This document shows, piece by piece, positions 22,972 through 34,638 of a DNA stretch of 64,000 nt (position 1 is its first letter; each line of letters opens with the position of its first letter). The position numbers were made by a program, and so were the translations under genes. This DNA comes from Scenedesmus sp. PABB004 (Eukaryota). The notes beneath the pieces were generated by a model. It was not told the origin of the DNA, made no database searches, and saw only the letters and a list, made by a program, of their open reading frames with translations. Where the stretch lies: contig JABVCE010000014.1 of the NCBI GenBank assembly GCA_014905635.1, positions 806,001-870,000 on the forward strand. Direction: 5' to 3'.

Positions 22972-23750
22972 CGGGCGGGGCCGGCGCGCGGGCGGCGGCG
23001 GCTGGCGTTCCAGCAGCAGCCGGGACGCGGCGCCGCGCGCCCGCGGGCGGGGTATTGCAGCTGGGCGGTCCGCGCGTGTGTACAACAGACGGGCCTGTGC
23101 AGTGCGGAGCGTGCGGTGAGGGCACAGCGTGAAACCGAGTGGCGCTCTCTCTCGGCGCTCGCCCCGGGCCCGCCCGGCGCGCGGCCCGCCGCTGCCGCCG
23201 CCGCTGCCGCTGCCGCCGCTGCCGCCGCCGCTGCTGCAGCTGCCGCGCCGGCACGTGGCCGGCCCGCCGCCGGCTGGCGCTGCCCAGGAGCGCGGGCGGG
23301 GGGCGCGTGCGGCGCCGGGCGGCCCGCAGCGGCGCGGTCAAACGCGGCGCCGCGGCGGCGCGCGCGGCGCAGGCGGGTGCGCCGCGGCGTTTCAGCGCGC
23401 CGTGCGCGCGGCTGGGCTTCGCACGGCCCGGGCACCTCGCCCGCGCCCGCGATCGCGGGTGGCGGCGCGGGAAACTCCAACAACGCTCGTGCTGCGCAGG
23501 GTCGGCGTGAGGGCACCGCGCCGCCTGTGGACGGCGCGCGCGCTACGTGGCGCGTTTTGATCGGCTGCGTGGGGCGGCGCGGGGCCTGTAGGCGGCGGGC
23601 GGGTTTTTTGGCTGGAACCCTGCAAGGCCTCAGACGCCCCCGCGGGCGCTGGGGCGCGCACCAGCCCCCGCGCCGGCCTGCCCCCGCCCCAGCGCGCCGC
23701 CCCCCATTCCCCCGCCGGACGCCGGCTCACCCCGCCCCGTCCTGAACACC

Positions 23751-26700
23751 ATGGCAGCGCTCCTGCACGCCAGGCCCCTGGGCCTGGCCGGCCACCGCGT
23801 GGCCGGCCGCCAGGCGGCTCCCCGCCTGGCGCCGCTGCGCGCCTACTCGGGGGCGGCGCCCAACCGCCTGCCCGGCCAGGTAATTGGCGACGCGCGGCCG
23901 CGCGCATGGCGTGGGCGCTCCGCACCACACCGCGCCGCGCTGCGGCGTCGGGCGCGCCTGCGGCCTCGCTGAGCGCCAATTGACGTCGCAGGTGCAGCCC
24001 AGCACCGGCCTGATCCCCCTGCAGAAGCCGGCGCTGCAGCCGGCGGGCGACAAGCCCGCGCAGCGGCCGGAGGTGGCCGCGCAGGCGGCGTCGAGCGACA
24101 GCCCCGAGGGCGGCAAGAAGTTCCTCGGCTACGACCTCATCACCTGGCAGAAGATCATCCCCCTGGGCGCGATGTGCGGGCCGCGCGGGCGCCGCGATCG
24201 CGGGGCCATCGCGCTGCCCCGCCCGCGCGCGCGCCGGGGCGCCCCCGCGCCGCGCCGCCGCCCACGCCGGGCTGCGCCGACGTCGCCGCGCAGGTTCTTC
24301 TGCATCCTCTTCAACTACACCATCCTGCGCGACACCAAGGTGCGGCGCGGCCGGCGCGTGGTAGACTAGCGCCGCCCGGCGCCGCCCGGCGCGCATGCAT
24401 GCCCCGCACCGACGCGGCCGGGGGCTCGGGCGACGCCAGGTCGTCCGCGCCGGGCGGCGCGCCAATTGGGCGCGCCTGGGGGGCGGGAGCACAGATCGCC
24501 GAGCTCGCCCCGCCCGCCCGCGCGCAGGACGTGCTGGTCGTGACGGCGCCCGGCTCCGGCGCGGAGATCATTCCGTTCCTGAAGACCTGGGTGAACCTGC
24601 CCATGGCCATCGGCTTCACCGTCCTCTACGCCAAGGTGCGGGCGCCGCGCTGTGCGCCAGCTGTCGCGCGCGCCCCCGCCCCGCCCTCGGCGCCCCGCGG
24701 GCGGGCGCCCCCGGCGGCGCACGCTCGCCCGGCGGCGCCGGCTGGGCGCGCCCCGCGCCCCGCGCCGCCGCCGCGCCGCCGCCCGACGCGCGCGCTGCGC
24801 CCGCGCCCGCGCCCGCGCCCGCGCCGCCGCGCGCCGCAGCTCGCCAACGTGCTGTCCACCGAGGCGCTCTTCTACACCTGCATCATCCCGTTCATCATGT
24901 TCTTCGGCGCGTTTGCGTTTGTGTTCTACCCGCTCAAGGACGTGCTCCACCCCACCGGTGCGGCGCGGCGCGCGCGGCAGCAGGGCGTGGGCGGGCGCGG
25001 CGCGCGGCGGCAGCGGCAGCCGCGGGCGCAGGAGCAGCGCCGGCAGCGAGCGGGCGCTGGAGCGCGGCGCCGGCAGCGAGCGGGCGCTGGAGCGCGGCGC
25101 CGGCAGCGGCGGGAACGCTGGAGCGCAGCGACGGCAGCGGCGGACGCGCGGGCGCTGGAGCACACAGTGGGGCAGTGTGCTGGCGCGTTGGCGGCAGGCA
25201 GCCGGCGTCGCGGCGGCGAGCGCGACTGCGGGGAGCTGCAGCCGGCGACGCGGCGAGCCCGGCGGCAACGCTGGCGGGAGCGGGCGGCGCAGCAGCGCAG
25301 CGGCCCAGCGGCCCGGCGGCGGCGGCGAGCGCCAGGCAGCAGCGAGCGAGGCGGGCAGCGGCAGCGGGCGCAGCAGCGGGCGCAGCAGCGGGCGCAGCAG
25401 CGGTCGCGGCACACGCAGCCGCCCGGGGCCCGCTGCTGCGACGCGCAGCATGGAGCCCTCCCCCCGCTCTCTCTCGCTCGCTCGCGCGCGCGCGGGCGAC
25501 CCCGCCCACGCCGCCCGCGCCCGCGCCCGCTCGTCCCGCAGAGTTCTGCGAGAACCTGCTGGAGAAGGCGGGCCCCCGCTTCGCCGGCCCCATCGCCATC
25601 CTGCGCAACTGGACCTACTGCCTCTTCTACGTGATGGCTGAGCTCTGGGGCTCCGTCGTCGTGTCGGTGCTCTTCTGGGGCTTCGCCAACCAGGTGCGGC
25701 GCGCGGCAGCGCGCGGCGCGGCGCGGGCGGCGCGGCGCGCGCCCCTGCGGCGGCGGCGCGCGGCGCCGCGCGCCCGCCTCCCCCCCGCGCCCAGCGCCCT
25801 GCGCGCTGCGCGCCGCGCGCCCCCGAGCACCGCGCCTCGCGCTGACCCTGCCCCGCGCCCGCTCTCCCCCCCCCCCCCCCCCCCCCCACCCCGCCAGATC
25901 ACGACCGTCGACGAGGCGAGCCAGTTCTACCCGCTCTTCGGCCTCGGCGCCAACGTCGCGCTCATCTTCAGCGGCCGCGCGGTCAAGATCTTCTCCCAGA
26001 TCCGCGCCGAGCTGCCGCCCGACGTCGACGGCTGGGGCCTCTCGCTCAAGGGCCTCATGGGCATGGTCGTCATCGGCGGCCTGCTCATCGCGGGCATCTA
26101 CTACTGGCTCAACCGCACCGTCGTGCCGCTCGTGCAGAAGCGCGAGAAGAAGAAGAAGAACAAGATGAAGATGAGCGTCAGCGAGTCCTTCACCTTCCTC
26201 GCCGGCAGCCGGTGCGCGCCGCGCGCGCGCGCGGCGCGCGGCGCGGGGCTGCTGCGAGCGGACCGCGCGGCGCCCGCGCTGCACAGCGCTGCACAGCGCT
26301 GCCCCCGCGCTCTCCCCCGCCCGCTCGCGCCCCGCCCACACCCTGCCCACCCACCCACCGCCGCCGCCCCTGCGCACCGCCGCGCCGCGCCCCGCTCTCT
26401 CTCTCTCAGGTACATCCGCGACCTCGCGACGCTCGTGGTCGCGTACGGCATCAGCATCAACCTGGTGGAGGTGACGTGGAAGTCCAAGATCAAGGCCCAG
26501 TTCCCCAACCCCAACGACTACTCGGCCTTCATGGGCGACTTCTCGACCGCGACCGGCGCGGTCACGTTCACGATGATGATCCTCTCCCGCTACATCTTCC
26601 GCTACTTTGGCTGGGGCGTCGCCGCGCTCATCACGCCGACCGTGCTGCTCATCACCGGCATCGCGTTCTTCTGCCTCGTGCTCTTCAGCGACCAGGCGCG

Positions 26701-27575
26701 GCGCCGCGGCGCGCGCGCGCGCGCAGGGGGCGCGGCGCGCGCGTGGGTCGGCCGCGCGCGCAGCGCGGGGAGGCAGGGCCCGCGCAACCAGGGCGCGCAC
26801 CGTGCCGCGCTGCCGCCGCCCCACGCGCCGCGCGACGCCCCGCGCGCCGCCGCTCACCCGCCCGCTCCCCGCCCCGTCCCATCCCCCGCGCGCAGGTCGC
26901 GCCGACGCTCAAGGCGCTCGGCGTGACGCCGCTCATGGCGGCGGTGCTCGTCGGCGCGGCGCAGAACGTCTTCTCCAAGAGCGCCAAGTACAGCCTGTTC
27001 GACCCGTGCAAGGAGATGGCCTACATCCCCCTGGACGACGAGGTGCGACGCCCCGCCGCGCCGGCCTGCGCTGCCCGCGCTGCCTGCGCTGCCGCTGCTG
27101 CCGCGCCGCGCCTCGCGCCTGCTTCTGCTGCTCACGCGCCCGCGCCCGCCACACCGCCACCACACCCACGCCCACCACTCCCCCCCCCCCCCCCCCGCAG
27201 GTCAAGACCAAGGGCAAGGCCGCGATCGACGTGATCTGCAACCCGCTCGGCAAGAGCGGCGGCGCGCTGATCCAGCAGTTCATGATCATCGGCTTCGGCT
27301 CCCTCGCCGCCTCCACGCCCTACCTCGGCGCGATCCTGCTGTCGATCGTGCTGCTCTGGATCAACGCCGCCAACAGCCTCGCCGGCCAGTTCGCGGAGCT
27401 GCAGGGCGCGAGCGAGAGCGGCGAGAGCGTCGACGGCGCGGCGACGCAGTCGTTCAAGTACGTGCTCGAGGCCGGGTCGTCCAAGGGCAAGTGGGTGCCC
27501 GTCGGCGCGGGCGAGACGCCGACCGGCCAGGTCAAGACCATGACCCAGGCCGAGGCGGACAAGCTCAACCAGTAG
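23751..27575 (+). CDS. NTT: Plastidic ATP/ADP transporter (NTT/TLC family)
   Basis: KIIPLGAM|FFCILFNYTILRDTK|DVLVVTAPGSGAEIIPFLKTWVNLP; FYVMAELWGSVVVSVLFWGFANQ; SKSAKYSLFDPCKEMAYIPLD; KGKAAIDVICNPLGKSGGALIQQ; transit-peptide-like N-terminus. Confidence 0.98.
25036..25110. repeat. Intronic minisatellite, ~28-bp unit in about 2.5 copies
   Basis: gcgccggcagcgagcgggcgctggagcg repeated in the long NTT intron. Confidence 0.75.
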
Positions 27576-28516
27576 GCGCGCCGCGTGGGCGGGCGCCGGG
27601 CGCGCCGCCCGCGCCCGCGGCGCGCGCCGCGGCGCGGCGCGCCGCCCCGCACGCGCCCGCGCGCGCGGCGGCGGCGCGCGCGCCGCGCGCGCGGGGCGCG
27701 GGCGGCGCCGAGGCGGGCCGCCGCGGCCGGTGCCGCGGCGCCGCCGTGGAGCAGGTGGGGCGGAGGGATGACGGGGCGCGCCGCGCGCGCCCGCCGCGCG
27801 CGCGCCGCCGCCCGCTGCAGCGGCGGGCGCGCCGGGCGGCGCCTGCATCTCTTTGCCGCCGAGCAGAAACACGCACGCACTTGTGTCTTACCGGCGACGG
27901 AGCGGCAATAAGCGGCGGGCACGCGCGCGCGGCGGGCGGGCGGGCGGGCGGGCGGCGCGCAACTCGCGGTCACGGCTCAACGGGGCTGGCGGTCCGGATC
28001 CGGCCGCGCGCCCGCGGGGGCGCGCGGGGTGCGGCAGCGGCGGGGGTTGTTTGCTGCGCGCGTGCGCGCACGTGCCGCGGCCGCGGCGGCCGGGGCGCGC
28101 GCGGCGGCATTTCGTGCCGCGCGCCCCGCGCGGCGCGGCGCGGCGCCCTGCATGACACGGCCCGCGCCGCTCCTAGGAGAGGAGAGTGCCTGCCATGCCC
28201 ACCGGTCGGGCGCGCAGCAGCAAGCAGCACACTGGGGGCGGCGGGCGGCGCGGGCCCGCGCGGCGGGCCCCGTCGCGCGGGCCGCCCCGCCCGCCGCGGG
28301 GCTGTGCGTCTGTAATCCGCGTCCCGCGCACTGCCGCCCCGCGCTCCCGTCCCCGCCCCGCGCTCCCCCTCCCGCCGCGGCAGCCGCCAGCCCGCGCAGC
28401 GCCTCGCGCACCGCCGGCGCAGCGCCGCGTTTGCCGCCAACGGCCGCCGCCGCCCGGGGCGGGCCCGAGCCGCTGCGCCGCCCTCGCGGACGACTAAGGG
28501 CCCGGCGCAGAAGGCC

Positions 28517-31500
28517 ATGGCGCCGAAAGCCAAGCAGCCCGCGCCCGGCGGCGAGCCGGCGGGCGGCGGCGGGGCAGCGGCAGACGCGCCCCTCGTGGTG
28601 GCTGCGCTGCAGGGCCGCCTGGGCCGGTGCGCGTGCTCCGGGGCGCACGTGCGCGCCGTGGAGTGCGTGCGGCCCACCGGCTGCCCGCTGGCTGGCGGCG
28701 GCGCCGCGCGGCGGCCGCTGGCCGCGGCCGCGCCGGTCCGCGCGCGCGCCCACGGCGCACGCCGCCGGCGGTCGCGCAGCTACCAGGAGACCTGCGAGAA
28801 GCTGGAGGTCGAGACGTTCAAGCTCACGGACGAGCTGGCAAAGCAGAAGCTGACGCTGCAGGCGCGCGCCGGTCGCTGGCTCTCGCGCGCGACCCCGCCG
28901 CGCCGCGAGCCGCGGCCAGCAGCGTCTCCCCCCTTCTCAAGCTGGTGCTGCTGCTCGCAGGACGTCAACGAGTTCTTGACCAACGAGCTCAAGGCGCGCA
29001 GCGTGGCGACGGCGCAGCTGGAGGAGCGCGTCGCGGAGCTGACGGCGCGGCTGGCAGAGGTGCAGCGCGACGCGCAGGTGCGCCGCGCTGCGGGCTTGGC
29101 GGCGCGTTGTTGTGTGTGTTGTGTGTTGTGTGGGGCGGCGCCACGCGATCCGCGGCACGCGAGGACCGCAGCGGCTGCGGGGCGGGCGTGCAGCCGCGTC
29201 GACCGCGCGGCGCGGGCCGGCCAGCTCGATCGCCGCGCCCGCCGCCCCGCGCCGCCGGGGCCCGGCTGCCGCCCGCCTGGCCGCCCGCTCGCGCGCCGCC
29301 GGCAGCTGCCCCCCTCGAGAGGCCTCGTGTTCACGCGCCCCGCCGCCCTCAGCTGAGCGCCCCAGCCCCGCCACCGCAGCGCCGGGCGCCGGCAGCGTGC
29401 GCGTGTGCGCGCTGGCGGCCATGCGGGAAGGGTGCCGGGCAGCGCTGGCCGCCACGCGGGGAGGGTGCCGCCGCCGCGCAGCGGCGCCGCGCGCGCGCAC
29501 GCGACACCCGTGTTCGGCGGCCTGGCCGCTCGGGCGCGTCCGCCGCGTCGTGGGGATGTGGGCTCGGCGGCAGGGGCCACGGGGCAGGGCTGGCTGGGGC
29601 AGCAGCCCCTGGACCGGGGGCCTTAAGCCCTAAAGGAAGAAGGGAGTTACACAGGGTGAAGCATAAGCCCTAAAGGGAGAAGGGCGTTACCAGGGGTGAA
29701 CAAGCGCCTACGGCGCAAACACGGACCCCATCACTTTGGTATAGTCAGTCACTCACGCGCAGCTGCCGCCCGTGGCCACGCTCACGCCCAAAAGCGTCAC
29801 CTGCACACAATCAGTGCTGTCTCCGCGCACACACCTTGACCGATCGCTCGCTGCTGGGCAGTAGCAGTATTTCAGTGTCGGCGGCAGCCGGTGACCGCGG
29901 GCATAAGCCCTAAACCCTAAACCCTCAAAAATGACATCTGCGCTCGCCGAGAATCGAACTCGGGCCTGGTCCGTGGCAGGGACCTATCATACCACTAGAC
30001 TACGAGCGCTCGCACGCTCTACACATCTCGCGACGAGTTTGTGCAGAGCGAAGCGAAGTTGTTAACGTGCACAGTGATTGCGGACCGCTATTTATGAACC
30101 TACTGACTCAAACGAACCATCTTCGCGAAGCGCCATTTTTGAGCCCAGATCTGGGTCGGTCTCGCTCGGGTCGACCCCGGAGATGTTTTAGAATTCGAGT
30201 CCTTTGGGCGCCCGGGCGCGTTTCTCTGCGTTTCTCTGCGAAACACAAATGGAGGCCCGATTCGCGCGCGCCGCGCCGCAGGCGGAGGTCGCGCGCGTGC
30301 GCGCCGAGGCGGCGGCCGACGTCTCCGTCGCGGCGGCGCGCGCGGAGGGCCTGGCGCGGCAGCTGGAGGGCAGCACCGAGTTCCTGGAGCGCCGCAGCGC
30401 GCTGGAGGCGGAGCTCGAGGCGGCGCGCGGCGCGCTGGCGGCGAAGCAGCGCGAGATGGACCAGCGCCTGGGGTGCGTGCCCGCGCCGTGCTCGCGCCGT
30501 GCTCCCGCCGCCCCCGCCGCCCTGCTGCTGAGCCGCCGCCCGCCGCGCCGCGCCGCGCCGCAGCGACATGGAGCGCCGCCACCTGCAGGAGAAGGAGCGC
30601 ACGCGGCAGGACATGGCGGGCCGCATCCGCGACACCAAGGCCGCGATGGCCTCCCTCGCGGGTGCGCGCGCTCGGCGCGCCGCCACCGTGCCCGCCGCCG
30701 CCGCCGCCGTGCCCACCGCCGCTCCGCCGCAGACGAGCACCTGGAGTCGAGCACGCGGCGCACGCTGGCGGAGAACGAGGCCATGGCCGGGGAGCTGGCG
30801 CTCCACGCGGCGCAGGTGGGCGGCCGGGGAGCGACGCGAGCGGCCACAGCGGGCGCAGGCGGCGGGTGGCGCGCGCAGCGGCGCAGCCCGGTGGCGCCGG
30901 CGCGCGGGGCGCGAGCGCCGCGCGCCGCCCGCAGAGCGCGCGCCTGGTGGCGGCCAACGAGGGCCTGCGCGGCGAGGCGGCCGCGCTGCGGCGCGAGCTG
31001 GCGGTCGCGCACCGCACGGGTGCGCGCGCTGCCGCCGCCGGCGCCGCCGGCGCCGCCGCTGCCCGCCGCACGAGCTGACAGAGCCGCCGGCGCCGCCCCC
31101 CGCCCGCCCGCTGCGCGCCACGTGCCCGCCGGGGGCAGCCGAGAGCACGGCGCGCAAGAACGTGCTGCTGCAGCAGACCATCAAGGCCATGCTGCGCTGC
31201 CTGCAGGAGGAGGGCGCGGGCACGGGCGCGGCCGCCGCGGCGGCCGCGCGCTGCGGCCCCGACGGCGACGGCGTGCAGCTCGACGCGCCGGGGGCGCAGC
31301 CCAGCCCCGGCTCCGAGCGCGCGCGCTGCGGCGGGCTGGGGCCGCAGGAGCAGCAGGCGGAGCAGCCGCTGGAGGGGCATGAGCAGCCCGGCGAGGTGAC
31401 CGCGGCGGCACAGCTGCCAGCCGGCTCCGACGCAGCGGCCGGCGGCGGCGCGGGTGGCGCCGTGCTGCAGCGGCTCGAGCAGCAGGCGCTGCGGCTGGCC

Positions 31501-32511
31501 GACGAGCTCGCGGCGGCGCGGCAGGCGCTCGCGGCGGCGCTGCAGGGCACGCTGCCCGAGGGCTGCGACGTGGCCGTGGTGGCGCTGCCGCCGAGCCCCA
31601 ACGGCGGACCCGGCGCCACCGCGGCCCGGCCGTGCCCGAGCCCAGGGGGCGCGCGTGCCGCGCCCGGCTCCCCTGGCGCGCGGGCGTCGCGCGCCGCCGG
31701 CGGCGGCCCCGCCGCGAGCGGCGGCGCCAGGGGCGGCGCGCCCGCGCCCGCGCCGGCGCGCTGCCGCAGCGCGAGCCCGGCGGCCCGCCGGCAGGCGCCC
31801 GCGCCGCCGCCGCCGCCCGCCGGCGGCGCGGGCGCCGTGGCGTCCGCGCTCGAGGACGGCGTCGCCCCGTTCGTGCTGCACTGCGTGCAGCAGCTGCGGC
31901 ACGGCGGGCGCGCGGGCAGCCCCGGGCGCGACGGCGGGCGCGCCGGTGCGGGCGAGCCCGCGGGCGCGGGCGAGGCGCTGGCGCGGCTGCTGCTGGAGCA
32001 GCTGCACAGCTACGACCGCGCCCGGCTGGCGGCGTACGGGGGCCTCGGCCTCGCGCTGCAGCGGGAGCCGGACGGCGGCGGCTGCGGCGTCGCGGCCGCG
32101 GGCGGCGTGGGCCGGGACGGCGGCGGCAGCGGCGTGGAGGGCCGCGCCGCCGGGGCCGGCGCGAGCGCGGCGGCGCCGTGCCACGCAGGCGTCGGCGGCG
32201 GCGGCGGCAGGGGCGGCTCGCCCGCGCCCCGCGTGCCGGCCGGCGGCCCCCAGGCCGCACGCGTGCTGCCGCCGCTGCCGGCGCTGCTGGGCCCGGCGTC
32301 GCCCGGCGCGCCTGGGCGGCCGGGCGCCGGCGAGCTGCTCGGCGCGGTGCTCGGCGACGTGCGGCCCTGGGGGGACTCGGCCGCCTCGCCCGGCGCCGAC
32401 CCGCCCGCGGCCGGGCCCGCCAAGGCGGCGCGCAGCCCCAAGGTGGCGGCGGGCGGCGGCGGCGGCGGGTGCGGCATTCGCGCGGGCGCCGCGCGGCCGG
32501 GGGGGCGGTGA
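28517..32511 (+). CDS. CFAP157: CFAP157-like cilia/flagella-associated coiled-coil protein with a long low-complexity C-terminus
   Basis: Spliced: DVNEFLTNELKARS...EFLERRSALEAEL...DMERRHLQEKERTRQDMAGRIRDTKAAMASLA|DEHLESSTRRTLAENEAMAGEL...ARKNVLLQQTIKAM. This follows the CFAP157 pattern as recalled. Has one long intron (~29078-30281). Confidence 0.7.
29624..29925 (+). repeat. Telomere-motif-containing repeats: 40-bp tandem unit x2 (29624-29703) and (CCCTAAA)2CCCT (29908-29925)
   Basis: TAAGCCCTAAA at 29624, 29664 and 29904; GCATAAGCCCTAAA is an exact 14-bp direct repeat at 29661 and 29901. Confidence 0.85.
29927..29931 (-). terminator. Pol III terminator (T5) of the tRNA gene
   Basis: TTTTT on the minus strand 7 nt after the discriminator base. 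Confidence 0.8.
29939..30009 (-). tRNA. trnG-GCC: tRNA-Gly (GCC), intronless, antisense within the CFAP157-like intron
   Basis: GCGCTCG-TA-GTCTAGTGGTATGAT-A-GGTCC-CTGCCAC-GGACC-AGGC-CCGAG-TTCGATT-CTCGG-CGAGCGC-A: perfect acceptor, anticodon and T stems with A and B boxes. Confidence 0.97.
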
Positions 32512-32771
32512 CGTGCGACCTGAACCCTGATGCGGCGGTTGGACGGGCGTCGTGCGCACCGAACGAGAGTCGCTCCCCACCGCCACAGCCGGTGGCTCGA
32601 CGACACCCGCCGTCGCTGTGAGCTCTGTGTGTGCGGCCACGCCGCCGCGGCTGCCGCGGCCGCCGCTGCCGCTGCTGCTGCCGCCCACCGGGGCCGGGCG
32701 CCGCTTCCGCCCTGTCTCCAGGCTGCGCCCTGTCACCAGGCTGCGCCTTCGATGCTCTAGGCGCGCTCGCG

Positions 32772-34106
32772 ATGTGGGGCGACGTCTCGCTGGAGCTGCT
32801 GCGCGGGCGGCTCCACGACTTTGCCGTCGAGCGCTCCTGGCAGCAGTTCCACTCGCCGCGCAACCTCCTCGTGAGCGCCCGGGAACGGCAGGCGGCCGCA
32901 GCGGAGGCGCGCCGGTGGCAGCAGCGGCGGCGCGCCGGCAGCAGCAGTGCGCCGGCGGCAGCAACGCGCAACCGCCGCCGCGCCGCGCCGCGCTGGCGCG
33001 CAGCCGCCTTCACCGCGGCCCCGCCCGGCCGCCGCGGCCCCGCCGCCGCAGCTCGCGCTCGTCGGCGAGGTGGGGGAGCTGTCGGAGCTCTTCCAGTGGC
33101 GCGGCGAGGTCGGGCCTGGGCTCCCCGGCTTCAGCGACCGCGAGCGCGGGCGCGTGGGCGAGGAGCTGGCCGACGTGCTGCTCTACCTGCTGCGCCTCGC
33201 CGACGTGTGCGGCATCGACCTCGGCGCCGCCGCGCTCGCCAAGCTGGCGACAAACGCGGCAAAGTACCCGTCCGAGCAGTGCCGCGGCCGCGCCGACAAG
33301 TACACGGCGTACGCCCAGCAGCCCCGCGGCGACGCGCGCGGCGCGGCCGCGGCGGCCGCGGCGCCGCCGGGCGGCGGCGTGGGCGTGGTGCTGAGCCAGC
33401 TCGCGGCGCTCGCGCGCACCGACCTGGGCGCGGCGGTCGAGCTGCTCGCGGCGCACCCCTCGGCGGCGGCCTCGATCGTGGCCGCCATCAGCGCGGACGC
33501 GCCGCCGCCACCGCTCGGCCAGGCGGCTGCGGCCGCGGCGCCGGCGGCGGCGGCGGTGGCGCCGCCGGCGCCGGCGGCGGACGCGCTGCTCCTGGCCATG
33601 CTCGGTGGCGGCGGCGGCGGCGCAGGCCAGCAGGCCGGCGCGCCGGCCGCCGCGCCCCGCGGCGGTGCCGGCCCGGCGGCCGCGGCGGCCGAGCTCGGGG
33701 CGCCGCCACGCAGGTGGAGGGCCTGACGCCGGCGCAGTCCGCCGCGCTGGAGCAGCTGGCGGCGGCCGGCGGCTCCCTCGCGGCGCAGAGCCCGCCCGTG
33801 GTCGCGGCGCTGTGCTCGGCACTGGGCATCGGCCAGGCCGGGCTGCAGAGCCTCCTCGCCGGCAAGCAGCAGCCGCAGCCAAAGCGGGGCCGGCCGGCGG
33901 GCAGCGGCGGCGGCGGCGGGAGCGGGAGCGGGGGCGGGAGCGCGGGCGGGGGCGGGGCGGGCGCCGGCGCGCCGCCGGCCAAGCGTCGGCCTGATGAGGT
34001 GGAGCGGCCGGACGGCGCCGGGGCTGCCGCGCCGCCCGCGGGCGCGGCGGCGGGCGCGGCGGCGGCTTTGCCGGGCGCGCCGGGTGGCGCTGGGGGGGTG
34101 CAGTAG
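32772..34106 (+). CDS. DCTPP1: dCTP pyrophosphatase 1 (MazG-like NTP pyrophosphohydrolase) with Ala/Gly-rich C-terminal extension
   Basis: FAVERSWQQFHSPRNLL|LALVGEVGELSELFQWRGE...VGEELADVLLYLLRLADVCGIDLG...KLATNAAKYP. The 3' end is uncertain: stop at 33726 as read, or 34106 if a frame change occurs near 33700. Confidence 0.9.
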   Translation: MWGDVSLELLRGRLHDFAVERSWQQFHSPRNLLVSARERQAAAAEARRWQQRRRAGSSSAPAAATRNRRRAAPRWRAAAFTAAPPGRRGPAAAARARRRGGGAVGALPVARRGRAWAPRLQRPRARARGRGAGRRAALPAAPRRRVRHRPRRRRARQAGDKRGKVPVRAVPRPRRQVHGVRPAAPRRRARRGRGGRGAAGRRRGRGAEPARGARAHRPGRGGRAARGAPLGGGLDRGRHQRGRAAATARPGGCGRGAGGGGGGAAGAGGGRAAPGHARWRRRRRRPAGRRAGRRAPRRCRPGGRGGRARGAATQVEGLTPAQSAALEQLAAAGGSLAAQSPPVVAALCSALGIGQAGLQSLLAGKQQPQPKRGRPAGSGGGGGSGSGGGSAGGGGAGAGAPPAKRRPDEVERPDGAGAAAPPAGAAAGAAAALPGAPGGAGGVQ

Positions 34107-34638
34107 TGGGAGCGGCGCGCGCGCGGGGCGTGGTGGGTCTGCTCTCAGCCCGGCTGCGTGGACTCTCACTTTCTTCCCAACTGCTCGCTTGGGCGGGCGG
34201 CTGCGCATGGACGCGCACGCCGCCGGCACGATTGATTGATTGGAACCCTGGTGCTTCGTTTGTGTTCTGCGTGCGGGGCGGTGACGCTGTGTGCTGTGTG
34301 TCGGAGCTGGCTGGCTGCCGGCATGCGTGTCGGTGCGCTGGCTGCTGGCGTGCGCCAGGAGGGAAGGAACCGGCGATGAGCACACCCGGCGGCGGCGCCG
34401 CCGGCTGGCTGCCCGCCGGCGCCGCCGCCTTGAATCCGCCTGGATTTGCTTGCGATCGCACAGGAGCTGAGTTCGTCCGCACGAGCACGGCGCGCCACGA
34501 GGGGGGGGGGGGGGGGTGAGCGCGCTGAGCGGGGTGGGGCGGGGGACGCTGAGCGTGCTTCGCGCCCGGCTGAGCGGGGATGGGGCGCCGGGGGACGCGC
34601 GCGCCGCCGCCGCGGTTACGCCCCTGCGCCCGACATGC

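Noticed and set aside
25866..25888. Long poly-C/poly-G runs here and at about 1552, 10480, 27180, 34501, 44867 and 63015
   Set aside because: Simple non-coding homopolymers whose lengths are unreliable in assemblies; no specific function can be supported.
29624..29930. CRISPR-like array suggested by the recurring TAAGCCCTAAA
   Set aside because: Only three irregularly spaced 11-bp copies, the intervening sequences resemble each other, the context is eukaryotic and there are no cas genes.
29890..29935. Telomerase RNA template candidate (CCCTAAACCCTAAACCCT)
   Set aside because: Longer than a typical ~1.5-repeat template and runs straight into the antisense tRNA, leaving no room for downstream TR domains. 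No USE/TATA promoter recognised.
29700..29938. Dicistronic tRNA-Gly-snoRNA as in land plants
   Set aside because: A T5 terminator follows the tRNA within 7 nt and no box C/D pair was recognised.
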